Origin: Armatimonadota bacterium
GTDB lineage: Bacteria > Armatimonadota > Zipacnadia > Zipacnadales > FEN-943
DNA: 40,581 nucleotides
Assembly: GCA_003170595.1 (NCBI GenBank)
Contig: PMZA01000413.1
Coordinates: 1-40,581, forward strand
Direction: 5' to 3'
Under the pieces are notes generated by a model. The model saw only the letters and a list, made by a program, of their open reading frames with translations. It searched no databases and was not told the origin of the DNA. Of this stretch, positions 1-8,674 are shown one piece after another; positions within the stretch are counted from its first letter, which is position 1; each line of letters starts with the position of its first letter. Both the position numbers and the translations under genes were made by a program.

Positions 1-1
1 G

Positions 2-1525
2 TTAGAGCAAGGAATCACTTAGCGGCGTGGGGCTAGCGGGATAGTGGATCGCGGTGAACACCCTCGTTCGCCTGCCCCAGACGCTGCCGTTATCGCCCCA
101 GACGCCCCGGCTCAAGACGCGGTCCTTGACCGTGACGGCGAGGGCGCCGAAGGCGTCGCACATATCGGCGAACTGGGGATGGTCAGCCTGACCGTCGTAA
201 TAGCCGTCGTTGGCGTAGACGTCGATCGACGCAAGGTCCATCGCCTTCCAGCAGGGGGCGGCGTCCTCGAGCACGGCGTGCCAGGCGTCGTCGGGCATGA
301 GCGGCGGGACGGCGAAGCCCATGCCTGCGCAGATGTCGCCGGTGACGAAGTAGTCGTTGGGCGTCGCGGAGGAGTAGTAGTAGTCGACGACGGCGGGAGC
401 CTGCTTTGCAAAGGCGGCGCACATCCCCCAGTTGATCGCGACCTTGCCCCGCGCGGGGTCGAGCCACGCGCCGTGCTGCATGCCATCGCCGGCGGCCTTC
501 TGGGTCGTGCACTCCGAGGCGAGGAAGGCCACGTAGCGGGTGTCCGCGGTCACGGAGGGACGAAGGGGCGTCGGCTGCTGGCGCCACGAGCTGCGGTCGG
601 AGGCGACGCGCGTGTGGAAGCTCCAGTTCTGGGAGGCGTTGGTCATCGAGTTGACGCCGCCATAGCGCGAGAGGGTCATCACGCCAGGGCGCTCAGGCGG
701 CTGAAGGCCGATGACCCAGAAGTACGGGCGGGACTTGTCGGTGCGGTCCTGATAGGCCTGCAGGATGCGCTCGAGAACTTGCTGTTCGGTCAACCCCTCG
801 CCAGCGTCCTGGTCGATGTACTGCAGATTCGTGCAGAGGGCGAAGTGCTGGGCCGCGTAGTCGGCGCCGTCGCCGTCGAGGTTGAAGAAGTAGTCGGGCG
901 AGCAGGCGGGCAGCAGATTCTTGATCGCCCACAACGCCGCCTGGGCCTTGTTCGTGAAGCCATACCGCGCGAGATCGCCGTGGACGGTCACGCCCGTGCG
1001 GCGGCCGCGGCAATCCCTCAGCTCGACCTCGTCGGGCGCGGGCAGGCCCCAGCGCTGCGCCAACTCGGCTCGTGCCTTCGAAGGCACCGGGAGCATGCCG
1101 GTCAGGGCGCCGACGGAGGTGGCCAGATATTCCTCGATGGGGAAGAACTTGCCGTCGCGCGCCATCTTCGGGCCGGGGGTAGCGTCGAACCCGATCAGGC
1201 CGCGGAGGTGAGGCTTGAAGCGCGCGATCAGGGCGTCGAAGTCCGTGACGTCCTCATACGCGAAGCCCCGCTTCGCCTGGTAGTAATCCAGCCACGCCTG
1301 GTTGACGGGCGGGTAATAGAAGAAGGGTGCGGCCAGGTAGAGGACCGGGCCGTCGCGGTTGACGATGCCCTGCAAGGTCGCCAAGGTGTGGCGCTGCGTA
1401 TACCACTCGATGGGTCCGCGGTAGACGACGACCGACTGCGCCGCCGCTGCCCTCTGGACAGTCTGGGCAGAAGGAAGGGCAAGTGCTGTGATCATCGGGA
1501 TCAGGCCCCATCGACTAGACGACAT
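2..1525 (-). CDS. Secreted hypothetical protein (507 aa), possibly a GxGYxYP-type putative glycoside hydrolase
   Basis: In-frame ATG at 1525 within ORF 2..1789, preceded by GGAGG (plus-strand cctcc at 1531-1535). The N-terminus MSSSRWGLIPMITALALPSAQT looks like a signal peptide. TLATLQGIVNRDGPVLYL near the N-terminus and AGMGFAVPP near the C-terminus resemble the GxGYxYP family as I remember it. Stop codon at 2-4. Confidence 0.6.
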   Translation of the reverse strand: MSSSRWGLIPMITALALPSAQTVQRAAAAQSVVVYRGPIEWYTQRHTLATLQGIVNRDGPVLYLAAPFFYYPPVNQAWLDYYQAKRGFAYEDVTDFDALIARFKPHLRGLIGFDATPGPKMARDGKFFPIEEYLATSVGALTGMLPVPSKARAELAQRWGLPAPDEVELRDCRGRRTGVTVHGDLARYGFTNKAQAALWAIKNLLPACSPDYFFNLDGDGADYAAQHFALCTNLQYIDQDAGEGLTEQQVLERILQAYQDRTDKSRPYFWVIGLQPPERPGVMTLSRYGGVNSMTNASQNWSFHTRVASDRSSWRQQPTPLRPSVTADTRYVAFLASECTTQKAAGDGMQHGAWLDPARGKVAINWGMCAAFAKQAPAVVDYYYSSATPNDYFVTGDICAGMGFAVPPLMPDDAWHAVLEDAAPCWKAMDLASIDVYANDGYYDGQADHPQFADMCDAFGALAVTVKDRVLSRGVWGDNGSVWGRRTRVFTAIHYPASPTPLSDSLL

Positions 1526-1686
1526 GCGGACCTCCTCAATCGACACGCCTTCGACGGGCGGTTTCCCGACATCGCCACCGGGGACCTCCGTGGTCAGGCC
1601 GTGAAGGGCGAGGGGCTGCCGTGTCGGAGGTCCCGCCGTGGCGCGGAGGAAGATGGACCAAACCTGCTCGACACGGGTGATGCCGG
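1526..1686. promoter_or_regulatory. Divergent intergenic region that must hold promoters for the 1525(-) and 1687(+) transcription units
   Basis: 161-bp gap between two divergently oriented start codons. No specific -35/-10 boxes could be assigned. Confidence 0.4.
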
Positions 1687-3660
1687 ATGAAAGAGACGCA
1701 CGACCTCGCGGATTTGCAGTGGACCCTCGAGGGGTACACCCCCTACATCTGGCTGCTCGAATGGAAGTACGGCCACGGCTTCGGAGCAACGGAGCGATGC
1801 ATCGACGTGCGGCCGGTGCCGGCGAAGGTGCCCGGGTCCGTGCAGGGGGCGCTGCGGGCGGCGGGCGTGATCCCCGACTGGAACGTGGGCGTGAACTCGC
1901 GCGAGGGCGAGTGGGTGGAGAACCGGCACTGGATGTTCCGGGCGCGAATACCCGACGATTGGATGGACGCGGAGGCGCGGTTTCGGCTGGAGTGTGAGGG
2001 GCTCGACTACGCGGGATGGGTGTACGTGAATGGGAAGGAAGTGGGCGAGTTCAAGGGCACGCACGTGCCCCATACCTTCGACCTCACCGAGCATCTCAAC
2101 GCGGCGGACAACGAGCTGGAGATCATCTTCGACCTCGCCCCGCGCTGGCTGGGGCAGTTCGGCTACACGTCGCGGATGAAGGAGTGGAAGACGCGCTTCA
2201 ACTATACGTGGGACTGGACGCCGCGGCTGGTGCAGGTGGGAATCTGGGATGATATCGCGCTAGTAGTGTCGAGGGGCAGCGAGTTCGGCACGCTGCGATG
2301 CCTGACCGACGCCGACCCAGTCGCGGGTGAGGGGATGCTCGAGCTGTCGGCCGAGATCACGGAGGGGGACGGTCAGATCGTGCGCGTCTCGCTGGAGAAG
2401 GATGGCGCGGTGATCCGCAGCGGGGAGTTCTCGGTCGCCGAGTTCGCGCGGGGCATCAATTGGACGGGGCTGCCGGTGGAGCTGTGGTGGCCGAATCTGC
2501 AAGGCGAGCAGCCGCTATATGACGTGACCTGCGTGCTGGTGGATGGGGAGCGGGTGGAGCTTGATCGGGTAACGCGGCGGGTCGGGTTCAAGCATGTGGA
2601 ATGGGAAGCGTGCGAAGGGGCCCCGGCTGAGGCCGATCCGCGGGTGTGCGTGGTGAACGGGCGGCCGGTCTTCCTCCAGGGCGTGAACTTCGCGCCGCTG
2701 GGCGCCAACTTCGCCGACCTGACGCGGGAGGACTATGAGCGGCGCCTCCGGCAATATCGGGAGCTGGGGCTCAACCTGTTCCGCATCAACGCCTGCCAGT
2801 TCCTGGAGCGAGAGTGGTTCTACGAGATATGCGACGAGCTTGGGCTGATGGTCTGGCAGGAGTTTCCGCTGACCTCGTCGGGCCTGGAGAACTGGCCGCC
2901 GGAGGATGAGGAAAGCATCGCGGGGATGGTGCGGATCGCGACGTCGTTCATCGAGCGTCGCCGTCACCATGTGTCGCTGTTGTTCTGGGGCGGCGGGAAT
3001 GAGCAGCAGGGCGACCTAGAGGGGCATAAGTACGGGATGGGCAAACCGTGCGACCTGTCGCATCCGATGCTCAAGCGGCTGGGGGAAGTGGCGGCGGAGC
3101 TGGACCCGACGCGGCGGTACATCCCCACGTCACCGCTTGGCCCGCGGGCCGGCGCCAATCCCGCTGAGTTCGGCCAGGGGAAGCACTGGGCGGTGCATGG
3201 CGGGGCGGCGCTGGGGACGCTCGCCGATGCCGAAGTGTACTGGGCGGCGGACGATGCCCTGTTCCGGCCGGAGGTCTACTGCCCGGGGGCAAGCCCGGTC
3301 GCGCTGATCGAAAAGTATGCGGGAAACTTCGCCACCTTCCCGGCGACTACGGACAACCCATACTGGACGCGGCTGACGACGTGGTGGATCGACTGGAGCC
3401 GGCTGGTGGCGATCCATGGGCGCGAGCCTACCGACCTCGCGGAATACGTCGAGTGGAGCCAGGCGAACCAGGCCGTGATGATCGCCGGCGAGATGAAGGC
3501 GTGCAAGAGGCGCTTCCCGAGGTGCGGCGGGGTGCTCATGTGGTCCGGGCACGATACCTTCCCGCTGACCATCAACACCTCACTCATCGACTTCGACGGG
3601 AACCTCAAGCCGGCGGCGCTGGCGGTGGCCGAGGTCTGGAAGTCGGAGGCGGGCCAATGA
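1687..3660 (+). CDS. Glycoside hydrolase family 2, beta-mannosidase-like (657 aa)
   Basis: The full ORF reads like a real protein. FRINACQFLEREWFYEICDELGLMVWQEFPLTSSG matches the GH2 beta-mannosidase core (FY..CDelG..VWQ-F). WGGGNEQ supplies the acid/base NE motif. The N-terminal sugar-binding jelly-roll region (GWVYVNGKEVGEFKGTHVPHTFDLT) is present. Confidence 0.8.
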   Translation: MKETHDLADLQWTLEGYTPYIWLLEWKYGHGFGATERCIDVRPVPAKVPGSVQGALRAAGVIPDWNVGVNSREGEWVENRHWMFRARIPDDWMDAEARFRLECEGLDYAGWVYVNGKEVGEFKGTHVPHTFDLTEHLNAADNELEIIFDLAPRWLGQFGYTSRMKEWKTRFNYTWDWTPRLVQVGIWDDIALVVSRGSEFGTLRCLTDADPVAGEGMLELSAEITEGDGQIVRVSLEKDGAVIRSGEFSVAEFARGINWTGLPVELWWPNLQGEQPLYDVTCVLVDGERVELDRVTRRVGFKHVEWEACEGAPAEADPRVCVVNGRPVFLQGVNFAPLGANFADLTREDYERRLRQYRELGLNLFRINACQFLEREWFYEICDELGLMVWQEFPLTSSGLENWPPEDEESIAGMVRIATSFIERRRHHVSLLFWGGGNEQQGDLEGHKYGMGKPCDLSHPMLKRLGEVAAELDPTRRYIPTSPLGPRAGANPAEFGQGKHWAVHGGAALGTLADAEVYWAADDALFRPEVYCPGASPVALIEKYAGNFATFPATTDNPYWTRLTTWWIDWSRLVAIHGREPTDLAEYVEWSQANQAVMIAGEMKACKRRFPRCGGVLMWSGHDTFPLTINTSLIDFDGNLKPAALAVAEVWKSEAGQ

Positions 3661-4853
3661 CCTCGGGCGAGCGAATGCTCACGGCGATGCGCAACGAGAT
3701 GGCCGACCGCGTGCCGGTCGCGCCGGACATCTCGACGTACATTCCGATGCGCCACAGCGGATGTACGCCGCAGGACTTCTGGATGGGCACGAAGAGCGGC
3801 GTCCCCCACTGGCAGGCGTACCTCGATGCGGCGGACTACTACGGCATCGATGCGTGGACCGCGCCGGCCTTTGGGCTGCCGATGGTTTATGAGGACGCCC
3901 CGGTGGAGTGGCAATACGCATCGGAGATCGACCCGCAGCGGGACGCACTGATCAGCAGGGCGACCGTGAGGACTCCCGACGGAGACCTGCACCAGGAGAC
4001 CGTGTGCTTCCGGGGCGATCAGGCCGCGACGACGGCCAAGTTGATCAAGGATCTCGCGACCGACTTCGCGAAGTTCAAGTACACGCAGCCGATGCCGCGG
4101 GACCTGGATCGCGCCGCGCTGGATACGTACAGAGAGGCCTGCCACGCGCGAGGCCACGCCTTCGGAGTGACTATCACCTACCCCGGCTTCCACATGTGGA
4201 ACGTGTACGTGCAAGGGGGCGTGCAGGCCTTGGCGTACGCGGAGATGGACACGCCGGGGATCCTGCAGGAATGGTTCGAACTGGACATGGAGCGAGGGAC
4301 GCGGGAGATGCGGCTGGCGCTGGAGGCGGGGCTCGACTACGTCCTCTTCGGCGGATCGGGCACGCTCACCCTGGCCTCGCCGAAACTGGTGGCCAAGTAT
4401 GCGCTGCCCGCGCTAAAGATGTGGTCGGCCATGGCGAAGGCCGCCGGGCTGCCGACGATGCTGCACAGTTGTGGGAAGAACCGCGTCCTCGCCGACATGC
4501 TGGTCGCGGAGACGGACGTGGGCATGCTGAACCCGCTGGAGCCGCCGCCCATGGGCGACATCGATCTGGCGGAGGTGAAGCGGGCACTCGGTGACCGGCT
4601 GGCTTTCATGGGGAACCTGCACACCACCGACGTGATGCTGCTGGGGAGCGTGGAGGACGTGCGCCGCGAAAGCCTAAAGGCTATCCGCGCGGCAGGAGAA
4701 GGGGGCGGCTTCATCCTATCCACCGGCGACCAGTGCGGGCGGGACACGCCGGACGCGAACATCTTCGAGATGGTGAGCACGGCGAGGGAGTTCGGCGACT
4801 ACCCGCTGGACTTCGACTGGATCGATGCTGAGATCGGGCGGCAGGAGCGCTAG
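3657..4853 (+). CDS. Uroporphyrinogen decarboxylase (URO-D) superfamily protein of the MtaA/MT2-like branch, with an H-x-C...C motif (398 aa)
   Basis: The ATG at 3657 overlaps the GH2 stop codon (ATGA at 3657-3660). The N-terminus MTSGERMLTAMRNEMADRVPVAPD is typical of URO-D-family proteins. LHSCGKN gives His270 and Cys272 (codons 4464-4472). STGDQCGRD gives Cys360 (4734-4736). The 92 codons upstream in ORF 3381..4853 are Arg/Gly-rich shadow sequence overlapping the GH2 gene. Confidence 0.75.
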   Translation: MTSGERMLTAMRNEMADRVPVAPDISTYIPMRHSGCTPQDFWMGTKSGVPHWQAYLDAADYYGIDAWTAPAFGLPMVYEDAPVEWQYASEIDPQRDALISRATVRTPDGDLHQETVCFRGDQAATTAKLIKDLATDFAKFKYTQPMPRDLDRAALDTYREACHARGHAFGVTITYPGFHMWNVYVQGGVQALAYAEMDTPGILQEWFELDMERGTREMRLALEAGLDYVLFGGSGTLTLASPKLVAKYALPALKMWSAMAKAAGLPTMLHSCGKNRVLADMLVAETDVGMLNPLEPPPMGDIDLAEVKRALGDRLAFMGNLHTTDVMLLGSVEDVRRESLKAIRAAGEGGGFILSTGDQCGRDTPDANIFEMVSTAREFGDYPLDFDWIDAEIGRQER

Positions 4854-4868
4854 GAGGCCAGTGGAGGT

Positions 4869-7800
4869 ATGACACCAGTGAACCAAGCAAGACACCGTCT
4901 TCGTGGCGCATTTCTGCTTCCGGCTCTGCTCGGGCTCGCGGCTGCGTCCTGGGCTCAGGTGCCAACCGCGCCCAGTCTGCAGGTTAGGCTGCAGAGCGCC
5001 ATCGCCGACCTGCGTGTTCTGGGGGGCGAGGGCCTCGGCTCCTGGCGCTTCCAGCATCCCGCTCAGCCCGGAGGCGAAAGCCCCGGCCTCGACGACAACT
5101 CCTGGCCCGAGGTGCGGCCCGAGCACCAGTGGCAGGGCGACAACACGGCCGCGTGGTACCGCATCAGGATCACTGTGCCTGAGAGGATCGGCGCCGCGCC
5201 CGTGCCCGGCGGGCCGCTGGTGTTGAGGATTGTCGTCGACGATGACGGCGAGATCTACGTGGATGGGAAGCTGGCGCAGAAGTTTCACTGGGACCAGGGG
5301 AAGGTCACTCTCACCGACGATGCCCGGCCAGGACAGACGTTCATGGTCGCGGTGAAGGTCATCAACCAGGGCGGGCCCGGAGCGCTGACGGCGGCGGCGC
5401 TGACCTATGAGAAGCTGGAGCCGGTGCGCCAGCCTGCCCTCGACCAGGCGGGGGAGCTGCAGCTCGCAGGGGCGCTTCTGAGTCAGGAGGCCAAGCCGTC
5501 GGCCGCGGCTATCGCTGCGGTCGAGGCATCCCTTTCTGCCCTCAACTCCACCACGATCACCGCCGATGCTGATCAGTGCCGGGCGGCCATCGAGGCGTCG
5601 GCGAAGGCCCTCGGACCCCTGGAGCCCCTCGCGAAGCAGTACTCCCTCTACCTCGTCGGCCACGCCCATATCGACATGAACTGGCTGTGGCTCTGGCCCG
5701 AGACCGTGCAGGTTTGCCACGACACCTGGTGGCAGGCGATCCGGTTCATGGAGGAGTTTCCGGACTTCCACTTCTCGCAGAGCCAGCCCGGCGCCTATGC
5801 CGCGATCAAGGAGAAGTACCCCGACCTCTTCGCCGAGATCCAGAAGTACGTCAAGGAGGGCCGGTGGGAACTCACTACGGCGACGTGGGTCGAGGGCGAT
5901 ACCAACATGGCCTCGGGCGAGGCTCTGGTCCGCCAGATGCTCGCGTCGAGGGGTTTCTGCGAGGCTAACTTCGGCAAGTGGACGCAGACGCTGTGGCTGC
6001 CAGACAACTTCGGGCATGCGTGGACCATACCGATGATCTTCAGCGACGGAGGGATCCGCAACTTCTACTTCATGCGCGGGGGGGCAGGCCCGCCGCTCTT
6101 CTGGTGGCAGAGCGCGGACGGGTCGAGGCTTGCGTGCTTCAACAACGACAACTACGACTGGACCATCACGCCCGACGTGCTGGGCGTGCCGCTCAGTGTG
6201 GCGAGCCAGGTGGGCGTCAAGGATGCCATGATCCCCTATGGGGTGGGCGATCATGGTGGTGGGCCGACGCGGCATGACATCAACACGGCCGTAGCTCTGG
6301 CGAAACGTCCACTGGCGCCGCAGATCAAGTTCGCGAGGGCCGACGAGTTCTTCCGGGCGGCGCTGGCGCAGGGCCAGACCTTGCCGACTGTCGGGCGGGA
6401 GATGGGGTTCCTGTGCCGCGGATGCTATACGGCTCACTCGGACATCAAGTACCAGAACCGCAAGCTGGAGAACCTGCTACCGACGGCTGAGACGGCGGCG
6501 GTGGCGGCGGGAATGCTGGCGGGGCGGCGGTATGACAACACGGCGTTCATGGGCGCGTGGCACAACGTCCTGTTCAACCAGTTCCACGACATCATGTGCG
6601 GCACGGCCATCCACGACAGCTACAAGTATTCGCTCGACATCGCCCACGAGTCCGAGGTGACGGCTGACCGCGAGATCAGTGAGAGCCTGGCAGCGCTGGC
6701 CGGGAAGGTGAAGACCTCCGGCGAGGGCGACGGGGTGCTTCTGTGGAACCGGCTGGGGTGGGAGCGGAAGGGGGTCGTCGAGGCGGCGGCGCCTGAGGGC
6801 GCTGAGGCCGGGGCGACGATGCTCGCCGTCGGCGCTGACGGGAAGGGCCGTGCGGCGCAGATTCTCGATATGCCGTCCGCCAACGGGCCGCGGAAGCTCG
6901 TCGCCATCGACGGGGCCGTGCCGGCGTGCGGGTGGGCGGTCTATCACTTGCAGACGGGGAAGGCCGCGGTATCCTCGTCTGAGGCGCCAGCCGTCGTCAG
7001 CGAAGACGGGGGCGGGGTAACCATCGATAACGGCCTGCTGCGCATCGTGGTCGATAAGGCCTCGGGGGCGATCAGCTCGGTCCAGGATCTGGCGGCGAGG
7101 CGTGAGCTGGTGCCCGCGGGCCAGATGGCGGGGCAGCTTCAGATACTCTGGGAGCATCCCGACGGCTCCGCCTGGGACATCGGCCCGATCCAGTGGACGA
7201 AGCCCATCGCGAAGGCGGACAGCGTCGAGATCGCCGCGTGGGGGCCTCTCGCCGGGGGCGTGCTCGTCAAGCAGACGTGGAACAAGTCGAGCTTCACGAC
7301 CTGGATCGGCCTGAAAGCCGGCGCCCACCAGGTTGACTTCCGCCTCGTGGCGGACTGGCAGGAGATCGGCACGCAGGCCGACGGCGGGCCGATGCTGAAG
7401 GTCGCCTTCCCGACGACCCTCAGCGCGCCAGTCTTCACGTGCGACATCCCCTTCGGCAGCGTCGCCCGCGCCGCCGACGGCCAGGACGTGCCGAGCCAGA
7501 TGTGGATGGACCTGACGGACGTGAAAACGAGCCGGTCGGGAGGGTACCGGCCGGTGACCGTGGACCTGACGCGATACTTCAACCAGGACGGCTTCGCCAC
7601 CGAGGAGAAGCCGGGGGACGGCGACTTCGACACCCAGGGCGTGAGCTTCCCGGCCGCCATCTTCGCCTCGGCTCGGGGCGGGCTCATGGACTTCCGGGGG
7701 CTGCCGTGGAGGGTGCCGCCCACCGGTCCCGGGCAGAACAACTGCGTGCGCTGCGACGGGCAGAGGATTGAGCTGCCGAAGGCGGCGGCAGGAGGAGTGA

Positions 7801-8654
7801 CGGTCTTCGGAGCGTCCGCTCCGAGCGCAGCGTCGGGCATGGCTCGGCTCGTGTTCTCGGACGGGACCGAAAAGGACGTGAACCTGGGCTTCGCCGACTG
7901 GTGCTTCCCGCCGGAGGAGGGCGAGGAGATCGCCGCCCGCGCGCCTTATCGCATGGGGCCCGCGGGTCATGCCCCCGCCGAATGCCACATCTTCGCGCGC
8001 ACGCTGAACATCCCGGCGGGCAAGACGGCGGTGGGGCTGGTGCTGCCGCGGGCCGCGAAGGTGCGGGTCATGGCGATCACCCTCGGCCCGGGCGTCGAGA
8101 CGCACGCGATTTATGGCGAGGCCGTGCTCAATGACTGCAAGTACGGCGTGGACTCGAGCGGCGGAACGATGCGGCTGTCGCTGCTGCGCTCGTCCTACTA
8201 CCCCGACCCGACACCCGACGTGGGCGTGCACGAGATCAACTACGCCCTCGTCCCGCACGCCGGCGACTGGACCGAGGGCGGGTGCGTCGAACGGCCGGCG
8301 TGGGAACTGAACAACCCCATGCCAACCGTCGCGGCGCAGGCGCATGAGGGCGACCTGGCGGGCGCGGGCAGCCTGGTGAGCCTCGAACCGGCGAACCTGG
8401 TTCTGGCGGCGGTGAAGCAGGCTGAGGACGGCAAGGGCCTCATCGTGCGCTGGTACGACTCGGCTGGACGAGACACTCTTGCCAGGCTGCGGTTCGGGTT
8501 TGAGGTGGCCGGTGCGCGCCTCACCAACGCAGTCGAGGCCGCCGACCGCGGGCCGATTCCCGTGCGCGGGCGCGAGGTCACCGTGAAGACGCGGGCCTAC
8601 GGAATGGTGACGGTCCGCGTGCAGCCTGCGCCGAAGCGGCAGGCGTTGCGGTAG
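4869..8654 (+). CDS. Glycoside hydrolase family 38 alpha-mannosidase, long form, with signal peptide, N-terminal jelly-roll and an internal ~190-aa insertion (1261 aa)
   Basis: GGAGG lies 5-6 nt upstream of the ATG. Signal peptide: FLLPALLGLAAASWAQ. GH38 hallmarks are present: LVGHAHIDMNWLWLWPET, WLPDNFGH, PYGVGDHGGGP, and the C-terminal LNDCKYG...LSLLRSSYYPDPTPDVGVHEINYALVPHAGDW. Confidence 0.92.
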   Translation: MTPVNQARHRLRGAFLLPALLGLAAASWAQVPTAPSLQVRLQSAIADLRVLGGEGLGSWRFQHPAQPGGESPGLDDNSWPEVRPEHQWQGDNTAAWYRIRITVPERIGAAPVPGGPLVLRIVVDDDGEIYVDGKLAQKFHWDQGKVTLTDDARPGQTFMVAVKVINQGGPGALTAAALTYEKLEPVRQPALDQAGELQLAGALLSQEAKPSAAAIAAVEASLSALNSTTITADADQCRAAIEASAKALGPLEPLAKQYSLYLVGHAHIDMNWLWLWPETVQVCHDTWWQAIRFMEEFPDFHFSQSQPGAYAAIKEKYPDLFAEIQKYVKEGRWELTTATWVEGDTNMASGEALVRQMLASRGFCEANFGKWTQTLWLPDNFGHAWTIPMIFSDGGIRNFYFMRGGAGPPLFWWQSADGSRLACFNNDNYDWTITPDVLGVPLSVASQVGVKDAMIPYGVGDHGGGPTRHDINTAVALAKRPLAPQIKFARADEFFRAALAQGQTLPTVGREMGFLCRGCYTAHSDIKYQNRKLENLLPTAETAAVAAGMLAGRRYDNTAFMGAWHNVLFNQFHDIMCGTAIHDSYKYSLDIAHESEVTADREISESLAALAGKVKTSGEGDGVLLWNRLGWERKGVVEAAAPEGAEAGATMLAVGADGKGRAAQILDMPSANGPRKLVAIDGAVPACGWAVYHLQTGKAAVSSSEAPAVVSEDGGGVTIDNGLLRIVVDKASGAISSVQDLAARRELVPAGQMAGQLQILWEHPDGSAWDIGPIQWTKPIAKADSVEIAAWGPLAGGVLVKQTWNKSSFTTWIGLKAGAHQVDFRLVADWQEIGTQADGGPMLKVAFPTTLSAPVFTCDIPFGSVARAADGQDVPSQMWMDLTDVKTSRSGGYRPVTVDLTRYFNQDGFATEEKPGDGDFDTQGVSFPAAIFASARGGLMDFRGLPWRVPPTGPGQNNCVRCDGQRIELPKAAAGGVTVFGASAPSAASGMARLVFSDGTEKDVNLGFADWCFPPEEGEEIAARAPYRMGPAGHAPAECHIFARTLNIPAGKTAVGLVLPRAAKVRVMAITLGPGVETHAIYGEAVLNDCKYGVDSSGGTMRLSLLRSSYYPDPTPDVGVHEINYALVPHAGDWTEGGCVERPAWELNNPMPTVAAQAHEGDLAGAGSLVSLEPANLVLAAVKQAEDGKGLIVRWYDSAGRDTLARLRFGFEVAGARLTNAVEAADRGPIPVRGREVTVKTRAYGMVTVRVQPAPKRQALR

Positions 8655-8674
8655 GCCAGATCAGATTGAGGAGG

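Noticed and set aside
44-1690. A 548-aa plus-strand ORF covering the first gene.
   Set aside because: It is a shadow ORF antisense to a protein-like secreted product, and its composition is dominated by G/A/V/R/D. The same reasoning rejects 4716..6437(-), 6477..8345(-), 10540..11745(+), 11851..13554(+), 15055..15948(-), 18988..20079(+), 23107..24297(+), 27237..28640(+), 28771..30042(+), 30076..30906(+) and 30874..31821(-).
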